Numbered from the stretch's first letter, positions 38,792 to 50,431 are shown. The stretch is DNA of 64,000 bases from an uncultured SAR86 cluster bacterium (GCA_902516285.1 CABXXT010000004.1:18963-82962); one strand, 5' to 3'. The notes: generated by a model not told the origin, from the sequence alone. Program-made: numbers and translations.

Positions 38792-40015
38792 TTAAATTCC
38801 TAAAGTTTGATTAATATACTGAATCCATCCCTCAGCAGCTCCTTTAGATTCATCATATTCAATTGCAAAATTCATATGTTTAAGTGCGTTATCAAATTGA
38901 TCTTTTTCAAAATAAGCTATTCCAGTAAGTAAATCTATTCTTCCTGGTACATCATTCCATTTTTCAATTTGAGCCTTTAAAAAATATTCTATTGCCATAT
39001 CCCAATCTTCCTCTTCAAAAGCAAACCTACCTATTCTGTATGAAGTTTTTGCATCCGGTTCAAGTTGTAATGATTTTATTAATGTCTCAATTCCTTTAGT
39101 TCTGTCTTTAGATAAAAAATATGAATCTGCTAATAAATCAAGATTCTTTTTATTAATTTTAATTTTGTCAGAATCAATTCCATTTGTTATAACTTTAATA
39201 GCTTTTGTAGGTAAGTCTTTATACAAAAAATATTTTGTTAAATTTAAAAAATCTATCTCTTTTGTTAGAGCTCCATTTTCAAAAGCCAATTCTAGTCCTG
39301 CTAAAGATTCGTCTTCGTTTTGTCCACCATAATAGACTCCACTTAGTTGTTTCCAATAAGAACTTTTTTCAGGATTAACAAATATCAAATATTGGCCTAC
39401 GTCTATTGCTTCGTTGTATTTTTTTAACTTTACAGCAAGTCCAAACTCATATTGAAGCCAATCCTCATTAAGCTCATTAGAAACATCATTTCCTTTTGAA
39501 ATATATTTGTATGCATCAGTTATCTCATTTAATTGATAGTAAGCCATTCCAAGCATGACAAAGTTTGAGGCACTTAAGTCTATTCCTTTTTTCATTCCAA
39601 GCTCTTTGGCTTTAAGAAGAACTTCAATTACTCCAGGGTATTCCGCAGCTTGAAAATATGCAGCTGCTAAGTTTGATCTTGTTTGAATTTCTCCTGGAAG
39701 ATTTAAAGAACCATGCTTTATTGCTTTTTCAAGCCAAGGAATTGCGCTGCTAAAGTCTCCCTGAATTAGATAAAACTGTCCATATAATTGATTTATAAGG
39801 GCTCTTTCATAACTTCTTTCATTCTTATAATATTTGTTGGCTAGTGACTCAAGTTCCCTTCCTGCGTCCTCAAATCTATCCATCTCCATATAATTGTGAA
39901 TTCTTTTAAAATATTGGTAAGTCCACTGACTGATAGTATCTTCAGAAGAACTCACTTCAAAAGATAATAATAGAAACAAAATTGTAGATAGTTTTATACT
40001 TTTCATTTTATACAT
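38792..40015 (-). CDS. Periplasmic tetratricopeptide-repeat protein (TtpD-like)
   Basis: Signal peptide, TPR-like helical repeats, directly after tonB. Confidence 0.8.
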   Translation of the reverse strand: MYKMKSIKLSTILFLLLSFEVSSSEDTISQWTYQYFKRIHNYMEMDRFEDAGRELESLANKYYKNERSYERALINQLYGQFYLIQGDFSSAIPWLEKAIKHGSLNLPGEIQTRSNLAAAYFQAAEYPGVIEVLLKAKELGMKKGIDLSASNFVMLGMAYYQLNEITDAYKYISKGNDVSNELNEDWLQYEFGLAVKLKKYNEAIDVGQYLIFVNPEKSSYWKQLSGVYYGGQNEDESLAGLELAFENGALTKEIDFLNLTKYFLYKDLPTKAIKVITNGIDSDKIKINKKNLDLLADSYFLSKDRTKGIETLIKSLQLEPDAKTSYRIGRFAFEEEDWDMAIEYFLKAQIEKWNDVPGRIDLLTGIAYFEKDQFDNALKHMNFAIEYDESKGAAEGWIQYINQTLGI

Positions 40016-40634
40016 TGCAAATAAATTCTACTTTTAATTCACCCTGTTGTTCAACAGCAACTCCATCAATTGTTTTAGGCTTAAATTGCCATCTCCTTAC
40101 TGCTCTGGTAGCTTCTCTATTAAAAACTCTGGGTGGGTTTGCTCTTAATAGACGTATCTTTTCGACTCTGCCAGACGCATTCACAAGCAAATTTAACAAA
40201 ACTTCACCATTAATGCCAGCTAATGCTGCTTCTGGAGGGCATCTTGGAGCAACTTTTACTAATGGTATTAATTGACTTGTACCAGATCCTAAATTGCTAA
40301 TGTCACCCAAAAATGCACCTTTAAAATCAGTAGGTACATCAAAATCAGGTATGTCTATATCTAAATTCTGTATTGGAAGTGGCTTTGTATCATCAAGTTC
40401 AATTTCGGGTTGGGGTGGTCTCTTTGGTTGTGGTGGTTTGTCAGGGAGAGTCCTAGTTCTCTGTTCTAAGCTATCATCTTGTCTAATTCTTATAAATTCA
40501 AGATAGCTTTTAGAGTCATTTTCTAAATTAAGATTTGAGTCTCTTGTTATTAATGATTGAATAATTAAAAAAATAATAATTGAAATAATAAATGTTAGTG
40601 CAATATTAGTTGCAATAGCTTTATCAACTATCAT
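40008..40634 (-). CDS. tonB: Energy transducer TonB
   Basis: N-terminal TM, Pro-rich linker PDKPPQPKRPPQP, C-terminal domain with FNREA.RAVRRWQFKP. Confidence 0.9.
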   Translation of the reverse strand: MIVDKAIATNIALTFIISIIIFLIIQSLITRDSNLNLENDSKSYLEFIRIRQDDSLEQRTRTLPDKPPQPKRPPQPEIELDDTKPLPIQNLDIDIPDFDVPTDFKGAFLGDISNLGSGTSQLIPLVKVAPRCPPEAALAGINGEVLLNLLVNASGRVEKIRLLRANPPRVFNREATRAVRRWQFKPKTIDGVAVEQQGELKVEFICNV

Positions 40635-41028
40635 TTTTTGCTGCAATGGATATATTTTGAATACCTGCTAGCCGAATTTGATCCATTGTTTCAACTAAAA
40701 GACCAGATTTTGATAGTTGATCAGCCTGGATAATAACTGAACCACCAGGATATTCAATTTTTAATCTTTCAATGTTAGCTCTGACTGCTTTTAAATCAAC
40801 TCTTCTTTTATCAATCCAAATCTCATTATTTTCAGTAATTGCAACTAGAATATTACCCTTTTCATCTCTTTCTGCTGTCTCAGCATTTGGACGATTTATA
40901 TCAACACCAGTTTCTTTTACAAAGGATGTCGTTACTATAAAAAATATTAACATGATGAAAACAATATCCATCATTGGAGTTAAATCTAATGCATTTTCTT
41001 CATTGCTTCTTCTAGATTTTCGCTTCAT
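40624..41028 (-). CDS. exbD: Biopolymer transport protein ExbD
   Basis: DLTPMMDIVFIMLIFFIVTTSF, IIQAD. Confidence 0.93.
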   Translation of the reverse strand: MKRKSRRSNEENALDLTPMMDIVFIMLIFFIVTTSFVKETGVDINRPNAETAERDEKGNILVAITENNEIWIDKRRVDLKAVRANIERLKIEYPGGSVIIQADQLSKSGLLVETMDQIRLAGIQNISIAAKNDS

Positions 41029-41534
41029 AGTCTATAACCCTTTGACTTAATATCAGTTATGAAATTTTTTGAAATGTTATCAATTCTAGATGAAACATCT
41101 TGATAAAAATAAAGTCCAAATAGACTTATTACCATACCAGTCATTGTCGGTATTGTAGCCATAGCAACGCCTGATGACATTGCTCTCGGATTTCCAGTTC
41201 CTAAGAAAGACAGTATTTCAAAAACCTCAATCATTCCATAAACTGTCCCTAGAAGTCCAATCATAGGACACATGCTTATAAGCCCTTGCAACATTTTTAT
41301 GTTAGATTTTGATTCCCTTGAAACTGAATTTATCAGTATTGATTCTACATATTTATAGTCTGTGGTTGATGGCGGAAATTCCTTGTAAAAACTTGTAAGT
41401 TTATTATCAAGCCACTTTTTAGAATTTAAAAAAATAAAAATATATTTATCAACAAGAATATAAAAAATTATTAAGGTAATCAAAAACAAGACATATAAAA
41501 CAGGTCCACCTCTAACAAATAATTCGTCTAGCAT
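41025..41534 (-). CDS. exbB: ExbB (MotA/TolQ/ExbB) proton channel
   Basis: PMIGLLGTVYGMI, GVAMATIPTMTG. Confidence 0.9.
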   Translation of the reverse strand: MLDELFVRGGPVLYVLFLITLIIFYILVDKYIFIFLNSKKWLDNKLTSFYKEFPPSTTDYKYVESILINSVSRESKSNIKMLQGLISMCPMIGLLGTVYGMIEVFEILSFLGTGNPRAMSSGVAMATIPTMTGMVISLFGLYFYQDVSSRIDNISKNFITDIKSKGYRL

Positions 41535-42856
41535 TATTCTTTAGATAGTAAGTAGGAGCCTTTTTCTTCGACTATTTGGGTTAGAGTACTAACTTTATCA
41601 AATAGATACGTATAAAAACCAAGTAATGGTGCAGCAACAATAAGACCTAACATTGTTGTGACTAATGCTTGTGATATTCCACCAGCCATCTGCTTCGGAT
41701 CTCCAGTTCCAAACAATGTAATTGCCTGAAATGTCTCTATCATGCCAATTACTGTTCCAAGCAATCCAAGTAATGGCGCAACAGCGGCAGCAAATTTTAT
41801 CCAATTTATTCCCCAATCTAATCTTGAAGAATAATTAGATATTATCTCATCAATAATATTTTCTTTTGATTGAAATGAATTTCCTTCCTTAATTTTTACA
41901 ACCATTTCCTTATATATTTCTGATTCATCAGGGTCGTCAAGAATTTTTTTGTTTTCATTCAAGAAATATATCTTGTAAGCTGAAAATACAAGGCCAGATA
42001 TACCAATAAGAATTATAATAAAACCTACTGACTTACCTTGAGCAATTCTTTCAAACCAACCTGATTTATCTAAATAAAGGGATAACAAGAAACCTCTTGT
42101 TGGATCAATTGAAGCTGATCGAAAATCATCACCTCTTTGATGTTTTCTAATACTTCTTAAAATTTTTTTTTCTGGTTGTCGTTGAAGTAGTTCAAAACCA
42201 TTTAATTCAGAATTAGGTTTTAAAAATTTGGCATTAGAGGTTGCTGAAAATAAGCCATATCTGACAATGCTATCTTTATATGAATCACCCTTAGAGTTAA
42301 TAATGTCAGCATCTATTTGCTTTACTTCGCCAGAAGCAACAATTTCATTGAAATATTCTAACCATAATATCTCAAGTTCGCTGACTTTATGCACTTGAAT
42401 TTGGCCAATCTCTTTTAGATTTTTTGATCTGTCAGGATATTCAGTAAAGGTAAATGCAGATTCAGAGTTTGATAGTAGTTCACCTGCAAATTGTCTTGCA
42501 ACACCAAAAAGTTCTCCTAAAACTCCTATTTTAATTTGCAGTCTCTCTTCAAGCTCAGCTAGGGATTTTTCATTGATCTCAAATTCATTTTCAAGTTTCT
42601 TGTTCCTTACATTCTCCAATCTTAAATCATTTTTTGCTTTTTCAAGCATGCTCTGTCTTTCATTTATTAAATTCAAAAACTTGTTAATTCTTTCTTGATC
42701 TTCTTTAATGTAGAGACCCTTATTTATTTCAACAGTTTCAAGGAGTTCTTTTATAGCATTTGTTCTTTGCTCTTCTATTGTAATTTCTTCAGTATCCTCC
42801 TGGGCTAATGTATATAGAGGAATTGAAAGACAAATAATAAATATTATTTTTTTCAT
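41534..42856 (-). CDS. TtpC-like long MotA/TolQ/ExbB protein with periplasmic coiled coil
   Basis: Signal peptide, LGELFGV, IDPTRG, APLLGLLGTVIGMI, GISQALVTTMLG. Confidence 0.85.
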   Translation of the reverse strand: MKKIIFIICLSIPLYTLAQEDTEEITIEEQRTNAIKELLETVEINKGLYIKEDQERINKFLNLINERQSMLEKAKNDLRLENVRNKKLENEFEINEKSLAELEERLQIKIGVLGELFGVARQFAGELLSNSESAFTFTEYPDRSKNLKEIGQIQVHKVSELEILWLEYFNEIVASGEVKQIDADIINSKGDSYKDSIVRYGLFSATSNAKFLKPNSELNGFELLQRQPEKKILRSIRKHQRGDDFRSASIDPTRGFLLSLYLDKSGWFERIAQGKSVGFIIILIGISGLVFSAYKIYFLNENKKILDDPDESEIYKEMVVKIKEGNSFQSKENIIDEIISNYSSRLDWGINWIKFAAAVAPLLGLLGTVIGMIETFQAITLFGTGDPKQMAGGISQALVTTMLGLIVAAPLLGFYTYLFDKVSTLTQIVEEKGSYLLSKE

Positions 42857-43620
42857 GATTTGTTTGTACTTACAGGTTTAATTGGTAAATTAATAAAGTT
42901 TGGAGGAGCTTGTCTATTTGCAATCTCTATTGCATTTTGAAGCTCATTACTTAGTCTACCTCTTGTATGAATCCAGCTATTCTCATCATTATCCCAATAA
43001 CCAGTTTTTTTGAAATCTAAGGAAGCGTAGTAAAAGCCAATTCTACCAAGTCTAAAAAAATTGACAGCACTTTTTATTCCATCTAATTCAAGATTCCCAT
43101 TATATGTTTCAATCGTGTTTCCAAAATTGTATTCATTTTGATATGCTTCAAAAACTTTTCTAAACTTTTCAGCTGTCGTAACATTTGCTTTTAAAATAAT
43201 TTCATCTAAATCATCTAATCTCTGAACTCTTTCTTCAATTAAAAAAGGAATATCTAAATTTACAAACTCCCTTAACACATCAATCATTCTTTTAAGAAAA
43301 GGTAGAATATCTTTATTAGTTTCATCGAGGGAATCTATCTGATTTAAGATATTTTTTATTTCATCATTTTGTGCATTAATAATTTCTTGAAGTTGATCAT
43401 CATAGATTTTTAAGCTTTTGTATTCAGCAACTGTATCTTTAAAGTCATAATAAATCTCTTTTGATTCTTCATCTAAACTATCTATTTTTAATTGAGCTTC
43501 TTGACTTAACTCACTAGCAGATACTTGTTCATCAATAGTTTGATCAACAATTTCTTGAGATATTGCATCAACCGAAACAAGAAAATAAAGACACAGGATG
43601 ATTTTAAAATTATATTTCAT
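42853..43620 (-). CDS. DUF3450 (TtpB-like) periplasmic protein
   Basis: Coiled coil then LDIPFL..ER, EKFRKVFEAY..E, RLGR.G; first gene of the TonB2-type cluster. Confidence 0.82.
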   Translation of the reverse strand: MKYNFKIILCLYFLVSVDAISQEIVDQTIDEQVSASELSQEAQLKIDSLDEESKEIYYDFKDTVAEYKSLKIYDDQLQEIINAQNDEIKNILNQIDSLDETNKDILPFLKRMIDVLREFVNLDIPFLIEERVQRLDDLDEIILKANVTTAEKFRKVFEAYQNEYNFGNTIETYNGNLELDGIKSAVNFFRLGRIGFYYASLDFKKTGYWDNDENSWIHTRGRLSNELQNAIEIANRQAPPNFINLPIKPVSTNKS

Positions 43621-43643
43621 AATTATATATATTTTACACTATT

Positions 43644-43673
43644 AAAAAAAACATCCTCTAAAAAGAGGATGTT
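43644..43673 (-). terminator. Intrinsic terminator after the TBDR
   Basis: AACATCCTCT-AAAA-AGAGGATGTT stem; the A8 run gives a U tract on the minus strand. Confidence 0.8.
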
Positions 43674-43689
43674 ATTGAATTATTTACAA

Positions 43690-46600
43690 TTAGAACCTGT
43701 AAGTAACACCTAAGGTCGCATATCTTCCAAATGCGCTATAAATTCCTTCATAGAAATATGGATAGCCAAAGCCACCATCTTTCTGTGGCATTTTATCCTC
43801 AACATTTCTAATACTTATATATGTATCTATATCAGGAGACCAGTCATAAGAATATGAAATATTTGTAAGAATGTGAGGATCAGACTCCAAACCTCTATAA
43901 ATGTTCATATGTCCAGTTCTTGTGAAATTAATATTTAAATTATTTTTCTCATACTTATATCCAACGTTAACATTCTGACGTGAACGTGGCTGATAAATGT
44001 AAGTTGACAAATATTCTATTTGATCACCGTATGGATCAGCTAAATAGTTTATATGATCAATTGTTGTAGAACCGATACGAACACTAAAATCACCAATACT
44101 TTCAGTTTCTTTAAACCAGTTGATATATGTATCAGCACCAACATATTCGATGTATCCATTATTTCTTGGGCTTCTTGTAATGCTTACAACCTCGTTTAGA
44201 GTTTGGGGAGCATCACCAGGTAAGTATGTTCCACTTCTATCAATGTTACTAGCAATGACATTACAATCTCTTGCTGGGACATTTTCTGACAGATCATACC
44301 AAGCTGAGAAAGCAGCACCATACAAACATACACCTTCAGCAACAAGTTGAGATGAATTTGATTCTTGAGCTACTTGATTTTCTAGGTATACATGAAAAGC
44401 GTCAAACTGCAGACTTAAAGTTTCTGTTAGATTGACAACTATACCTAATGAATAGTTTTCACCCTCTTCTTCTTTAAGATCCTTCTTACCGCTTTGGAAT
44501 GTTTTAAAATATTCACCATATGATCCTTGAACGCCACAAAGCGAAGCAGATGTTGCTAAGTCAGCAGTAGGAATTGCTCCAGATGTATCTGTTCCAGATA
44601 TATATTGAGCGTAACATAAAGGATAATCAGTACCAAATGAAAACACAGAACTTGGCTGTGAATAGATATAATGCATATCTGGAGCTCTGAAGGTCTGGCC
44701 AGCAGAACCTCTTAGAAGAACATTTTCAGTTGGTCTATATGCGAAACTAAACATTGAAGAAACCCTTGAGCCAACGCTAGAAGAATCATCATCGTAACTA
44801 TCGTATCTTGATGCAACTGTTATTTCTAACTTATCAGTTAGAGGAGTTTGCAACTCAATACCTAGTGAATATCTAGTTCTATCACCATAACCATATCTAG
44901 TAGAACCTTGGATAATTTGTATAGCATCATCACCACCATAAATTTCATCATCTAATCTACCTGCTGATGGGATTACTTCATAGTCTTGATATTGATACTC
45001 TGCATGAATATTAAATGCTACAGGCCTTGAAGCTGCCATAAATTCTCCAGTCAAATCTGCATCTATCATATATTGATATGATTCTGCATCTACTGAGTCA
45101 TCAACTAACCATGACTGGAATAATTCTGAAGATATTGGGCCAAAGATTCTTTCAGAAAAGAAACAATTATTAATACTATACTGAGCTAAGAAACCACCCA
45201 TTCCAGAACCATAATGCTGACATGGGTCTCCGTTATACCAACCAGTGGCAAGCGAGCCATCAGCATTAGTCATACCAACACCCGCCATATAATCTTTACC
45301 TTTTTGTGTTAACTCAGAATCAGCAAAGAAAGAATTATACTGAGTGACGTTTGCGCCAACAGACCATTCATAACCACTATCAAGGGTTCCATTAAAGCCA
45401 AAAAAGAAATCAGTCATATCTTCTTCGTAATCAGATCTTGCTTCAAATGGTTTTCCCATTGCAGGGGTAAAGTATCTAGCAATATACGGAGCTCTTACAG
45501 CGACGTTACCGGCTGGAATTAAATCATTACCTGCTGTCGCAAGTTCGGTTGCAATTCTTGAGTCGATAGTATCACCAACCGATATATATCTTGAAACAGA
45601 ACTTCTGAAATATGCTTCTTCAGCAAAGTGATAAAGTCTTGCGTTAAACTGTGTACCGCTATCATAAGTATGAGAGAAAGTACCCATAATTGTGTAATCT
45701 TCCCTTTCATTCACTAATGATGAAGAGTCTCCTCCATCTGCACCATAATCATATGCACATAAATAACCTTGGTATGATCCTCCATAACCAGTATTTCCAT
45801 AAACCTCAGGCTTATCTCTACTAAATAATCTAAAAACTCCACCTGACAAATCTTGACTATCACAAGCATATCCAAAGTCTTCAGGGGAATATGTTGCTGT
45901 ATCTGTACCATATCCACCCCAAGTATTTACCTGCATTGCAGCACCCCATCTTGGAACTGAATATACCTGTCCATAGTCTGGATCATCTTTCCATGAATTA
46001 AAACCATCTCTATCTGCATAATACATTGGATCAACTGTTGTATAGTCAACACCGACAGTCCAGCTAGATGACCCAAAAAAGCCACCAGATGAAAATGTTA
46101 AACTGTTTATTGTATCGTTTCCATGTTCAGTTATTGAGCTATATGCTTCAACCATAGAGAAGTCCATGCCCTCTTTAGTGATAATGTTTACAACACCACC
46201 GACAGCATCCGAACCATAGATTGCAGATGCACCCTGAGATAAAACCTCAACTCTATCAATTAAACCATTAGGTATTGTAGATAAGTTCACAATGTTACTT
46301 GCATTGTTATATGGCAAAGGATAATCAGCAGTCCTTCTTCCATTAATTAAGTATAAAGTTTTACTAGGTCCTATATTTCTTAAATTCAACGAATTAGCGT
46401 TTGGGGTAAATAAATTCGTATCTTGTTCATTTTGGTTGAAGGCATTAGCTGCTGGAATGGCTTGAAGAGCCTCTGTTACATTTCTAAAACCACCTTGAGT
46501 GATATCTTCTTTGGTAATTACCAATAAAGGTAAAGCGCCAGATAGTTCAGTTCTTTTGATTCTAGTACCTGTAACGACAACTTTTTGAAGTTTTACAACA

Positions 46601-46794
46601 TCGTCATCAACAGAAGATGATTCATCTTCAGTGGAAGTCTCAACAACTTCGGTATCAACAACTTCAGTTTCAACAGATTCTTCTGCTACATCAGTTTCCT
46701 GAGATTCGACTTCTTCACCAGGATTGTCAGCAAATAAAAAGCCAGTAATTGCAAAAGTTAGAATAGACAGTGAGAATAATTTTTTCATTTCCAT
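43690..46794 (-). CDS. Large TonB-dependent receptor
   Basis: KVVVTGTRI TonB box, TLYLINGRR, IDRVEVL..GASAIYGSDAVGGVVNIIT, C-terminal GVTYRF. Confidence 0.95.
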   Translation of the reverse strand: MEMKKLFSLSILTFAITGFLFADNPGEEVESQETDVAEESVETEVVDTEVVETSTEDESSSVDDDVVKLQKVVVTGTRIKRTELSGALPLLVITKEDITQGGFRNVTEALQAIPAANAFNQNEQDTNLFTPNANSLNLRNIGPSKTLYLINGRRTADYPLPYNNASNIVNLSTIPNGLIDRVEVLSQGASAIYGSDAVGGVVNIITKEGMDFSMVEAYSSITEHGNDTINSLTFSSGGFFGSSSWTVGVDYTTVDPMYYADRDGFNSWKDDPDYGQVYSVPRWGAAMQVNTWGGYGTDTATYSPEDFGYACDSQDLSGGVFRLFSRDKPEVYGNTGYGGSYQGYLCAYDYGADGGDSSSLVNEREDYTIMGTFSHTYDSGTQFNARLYHFAEEAYFRSSVSRYISVGDTIDSRIATELATAGNDLIPAGNVAVRAPYIARYFTPAMGKPFEARSDYEEDMTDFFFGFNGTLDSGYEWSVGANVTQYNSFFADSELTQKGKDYMAGVGMTNADGSLATGWYNGDPCQHYGSGMGGFLAQYSINNCFFSERIFGPISSELFQSWLVDDSVDAESYQYMIDADLTGEFMAASRPVAFNIHAEYQYQDYEVIPSAGRLDDEIYGGDDAIQIIQGSTRYGYGDRTRYSLGIELQTPLTDKLEITVASRYDSYDDDSSSVGSRVSSMFSFAYRPTENVLLRGSAGQTFRAPDMHYIYSQPSSVFSFGTDYPLCYAQYISGTDTSGAIPTADLATSASLCGVQGSYGEYFKTFQSGKKDLKEEEGENYSLGIVVNLTETLSLQFDAFHVYLENQVAQESNSSQLVAEGVCLYGAAFSAWYDLSENVPARDCNVIASNIDRSGTYLPGDAPQTLNEVVSITRSPRNNGYIEYVGADTYINWFKETESIGDFSVRIGSTTIDHINYLADPYGDQIEYLSTYIYQPRSRQNVNVGYKYEKNNLNINFTRTGHMNIYRGLESDPHILTNISYSYDWSPDIDTYISIRNVEDKMPQKDGGFGYPYFYEGIYSAFGRYATLGVTYRF

Positions 46795-46980
46795 TTTATA
46801 CCCCTTATAAATATAGGAAAGTGCGAATTTTTAATAAAATCACACAAAATATGCTTCATTTTGAACTTTTAATGCAAATTAATCAAGAATTTGGTACATT
46901 ATTATTAAATTGTATTTAATGATTAAGGTATATCAAATATAATTTATTTCTTTTCACAATCTAAAAATAGGTAAAAAAAC

Positions 46981-49047
46981 ATGAAATTACACAATTTTTT
47001 AATATTAACTTTTTTAAGCGCAACTTCTTTTGAGTTAATTTCTGACGAATACAGTGATGTTCTTTCCAATAAAGATCTTGCTTGTTATGACAACTATACC
47101 ATTAACACCAATGGTGGCATGTCTATTTCACCTGACGGAAGGTACTTATTAGTTAGAAATACTGTCAAAAATAATGTTTGTGATATTGAGCCTGACAAAG
47201 TTAAAGGAATTGAAGATGAATCTGGTGATTGGGGTTTATTATTGGTTGACTTAGATACTATGGAAACAACTATGTTGAGCGATGGAAGTGAATCAAAGGG
47301 TATTAGATCTGCAGGATGGTTAAATAGCACAAGAATTTGGTTTACCCCGAGATATAAAGTTGGTCAAGATATGGACTCTTTTGTTATGTTTGCAATGAAT
47401 ATTGATGGGACAAGAAGAACAACTATTAGAGAGTCTGGCTACTATCAAGGTATTTACGATAAAGATTATGATGATCCAAATCATGTTTATGTGATGACAA
47501 ACGAAAGAAGACCTGCAATCTTGGACTATTATAAGATGAACATTTATACCGGAAAGAAAACAAGAATTGCTCTTGGTCCTAACATTTCCAACATGAAAGG
47601 CAAGGCTATGCTAGGTGATCTTATGGACCCTGAAACAAAAATGCCCATGATGATGTTAATAGATGATGGTATAGACAGAATAATATATGAGTATGACCAA
47701 TCTAAAAAAGAGTGGTCTGAGCATTTTAAATATAAATGTCAAGAACCTGGTTATTATCCATTAGGTTTATATAACGACAAGGTAGTGGTATCTGGATCTA
47801 AATTTAGCCCTTTGGGTGAAGTTCTCGAGGAAAATGATACTAATGCAATATATCTTTATGATATGAAAACGAGAGAATTTTCAGATAAATTATATCAAGA
47901 TGATGTATATGATGTTGGAGGGCTTACTGGAAGTTGCAGAACAACAGGAGGTTCTGGTGTATCTGTTAAGGGAAACTCAAGTCTTCAGTATATTAGATAC
48001 ACTTCTCACCAACCAGAATATTTATTTTTTGATCAAGGTGCTGAGCAAACATATATTGCCTTAAAACAAATTTTTCCTGATGATTTTGTCAGTGTGATTG
48101 GTTCTGACGTTTCTGCAAAAGTGATGCTTGTAAAAGTGAGTAGCTCCAATAATCCAGGTGCTATCTATATAGTAGATCTTAACAAAGAAACAGATCCAAT
48201 TAATCTGCTTGCTGAAATATCTCCATGGATTGATAGATCAAAACTCGCAGAAACAATTCCAGTAACCTACACGGCTAGAGATGGTCTTGAAATTCCAGCT
48301 TATCTTACGTTGACAACTAAAAAAACAGATAGAAACTATTTTGTTATCTTGCCTCATGGTGGACCTAACGTAAAACAAAGAATTGGTTTTGACAGATGGG
48401 TTCAGTTTTTTGCTAAAGAAGGTATAAATGTTTTGCAACCGGACTATCGAGGCTCAACAGGTTATGGATTTAATCACTATACTGCTGGGAATCTTCAGTG
48501 GGGCAAAAAAATGCAAGATGATCTTACGGATGGAGTTCTATGGGCAATTGAAAATGGCTATGCTGATAAAGATAGAGTTTGTATAGCTGGCGCTAGTTAT
48601 GGTGGTTATGCAACTATGGCTGGTCTTGTTTTTACTCCTGAATTATATAGATGCGGTATTAATTCTGTAGGTGTCACCGATCAAGAACAACTTCTCCAAA
48701 ACTTCGCAAGAAATGCAAGTAGGTTTCAGTCATGGGACAAAGAACCTCTGTTAGAGTGGGGTGATTTGTCAACTCCTGAGGGTAAAGAGTATGCAAAAGA
48801 GATTTCTCCAATACTTTACGTAAAAAATATACAAGCTCCGGTGTTAGTATTACATGGTTCGAATGATTATGTTGTTCCTGTAAATCATGCTAGAGATTTA
48901 ATTTCAGAGCTTAAGTCTTTGGGCAAAGAATATGATTCTATGTTTCAAGCTTACGATGGACATTGTGTTGTTTCTTGTGGTGAACAGGCAAATTTAGAGT
49001 ATTTAGACAAACAAAAGGAATTTTTAGACAAATATATGTTTAATTAA
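46981..49047 (+). CDS. Exported S9 family peptidase (prolyl oligopeptidase/DPP-like)
   Basis: Signal peptide, [21 protein letters not shown] nucleophile, HGSND, DGH. Confidence 0.92.
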   Translation: MKLHNFLILTFLSATSFELISDEYSDVLSNKDLACYDNYTINTNGGMSISPDGRYLLVRNTVKNNVCDIEPDKVKGIEDESGDWGLLLVDLDTMETTMLSDGSESKGIRSAGWLNSTRIWFTPRYKVGQDMDSFVMFAMNIDGTRRTTIRESGYYQGIYDKDYDDPNHVYVMTNERRPAILDYYKMNIYTGKKTRIALGPNISNMKGKAMLGDLMDPETKMPMMMLIDDGIDRIIYEYDQSKKEWSEHFKYKCQEPGYYPLGLYNDKVVVSGSKFSPLGEVLEENDTNAIYLYDMKTREFSDKLYQDDVYDVGGLTGSCRTTGGSGVSVKGNSSLQYIRYTSHQPEYLFFDQGAEQTYIALKQIFPDDFVSVIGSDVSAKVMLVKVSSSNNPGAIYIVDLNKETDPINLLAEISPWIDRSKLAETIPVTYTARDGLEIPAYLTLTTKKTDRNYFVILPHGGPNVKQRIGFDRWVQFFAKEGINVLQPDYRGSTGYGFNHYTAGNLQWGKKMQDDLTDGVLWAIENGYADKDRVCIAGASYGGYATMAGLVFTPELYRCGINSVGVTDQEQLLQNFARNASRFQSWDKEPLLEWGDLSTPEGKEYAKEISPILYVKNIQAPVLVLHGSNDYVVPVNHARDLISELKSLGKEYDSMFQAYDGHCVVSCGEQANLEYLDKQKEFLDKYMFN

Positions 49048-50201
49048 AAAGCACTAATATTTGTTTGATTCTTCCCTAAAATAAGGCCGTGAATATCTGA
49101 AGTTCCTTCGTAAGTATTTACGGCCTCTAGATTCATACAGTGTCTTATCACATGATATTCATCGCTTATACCATTTCCACCATGAATATCTCTAGAGTCT
49201 CTAGCTATATCAAGAGCTTTCTGACAGTTATTCCTTTTAACCATTGATATCATTTCAGGTTTCATTTCATTTTGATCAATTAATCTTCCAACTCTTAGAA
49301 CTGCTTGAAGTCCAATACTTATTTCAGTTTCCATATCAGCAAGCTTTTTTTGAATAAGTTGTTTTGACGCTAACGGTTGACCGAACTGTTCTCTTTCAAG
49401 CGAATACTCTAGAGCAGCATTCCAACAGAATTCGGCAGCACCCATTGAGCCCCAAGCAATTCCATATCTTGCCATGTTAAGGCAAGAAAAAGGACCGCGA
49501 AAACTTTGGACATTTGGCAGTATTTTGTCTTTTGAAACTTCAACATTATCAAGATAGATTTGACCAGTTACTGATGCACGAAGGGCAAACTTGCCCTCAA
49601 TTATTGGTGTTGTAAGGCCTTTGGCATCTCTATCAACAATAAAACCTCTTAATACGCCCTGCTCATCTTTAGCCCAAATAATTAAAACGTCAGCAATAGG
49701 TGAATTGGTTATCCATGTTTTGGAACCATTGAGCACATAACAATTGTCTTTTTCAACTGCATTGGTTTTCATTGATGATGGATCCGAACCAGCATCAGAT
49801 TCTGTTAAGCCAAAACATCCTATTAGTTCACCTTTCGCCATTTGCGGTAGATAAAAATCTTTTTGCTCTTCAGAGCCAAACTTATAAATTGCATGCATTG
49901 CTAATGATGTTTGAACGCTGTAAGCAGATCTATAGCTTGAGTCTACTTTTTCAATTTCTCTAGCGATTAAACCATATGAAACATAATTTACTCCAGCACA
50001 TCCATATCCATTTATAGGAGCTCCTAAAAATCCCATCTCAGCCATTTCTTTATAAATACCTTTGTCAAAAGCTTCATTTCTATTTGCATCAATTATTCGA
50101 GGCTGAAGTTCTTTTTGACAATAATCCATTGCAGATTTTTGAACGATTACCTCTTCATCTGTAAGCTGTTGATTAAATAATAATGTATCTGTTATCTTCA
50201 T
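49044..50201 (-). CDS. gcdH: Glutaryl-CoA dehydrogenase
   Basis: [64 protein letters not shown]. Confidence 0.9.
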   Translation of the reverse strand: MKITDTLLFNQQLTDEEVIVQKSAMDYCQKELQPRIIDANRNEAFDKGIYKEMAEMGFLGAPINGYGCAGVNYVSYGLIAREIEKVDSSYRSAYSVQTSLAMHAIYKFGSEEQKDFYLPQMAKGELIGCFGLTESDAGSDPSSMKTNAVEKDNCYVLNGSKTWITNSPIADVLIIWAKDEQGVLRGFIVDRDAKGLTTPIIEGKFALRASVTGQIYLDNVEVSKDKILPNVQSFRGPFSCLNMARYGIAWGSMGAAEFCWNAALEYSLEREQFGQPLASKQLIQKKLADMETEISIGLQAVLRVGRLIDQNEMKPEMISMVKRNNCQKALDIARDSRDIHGGNGISDEYHVIRHCMNLEAVNTYEGTSDIHGLILGKNQTNISAF

Positions 50202-50431
50202 ATTTTTTCGATTCTAATAATACCAAATCTTGGCATCGAGAACATAATTGAATTTGATTCCAAGCTATCCTTTACAATCTCAATCATTCTATTTGAATTT
50301 CCACAAATTACCAGAAGTGGAATTTCAGACTGGTACTGATAAGTAAAATCTAATATCTCATTATTTACATCATTATGCCTTATCCCATGAAGATCCAAAT
50401 GTGTAATGCCATTTTCTTTGAATACCTTCAT
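50198..50431 (-). CDS. Small stand-alone Smr-like domain protein
   Basis: LDLHG..H, VICGNS motifs. Confidence 0.65.
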   Translation of the reverse strand: MKVFKENGITHLDLHGIRHNDVNNEILDFTYQYQSEIPLLVICGNSNRMIEIVKDSLESNSIMFSMPRFGIIRIEKI

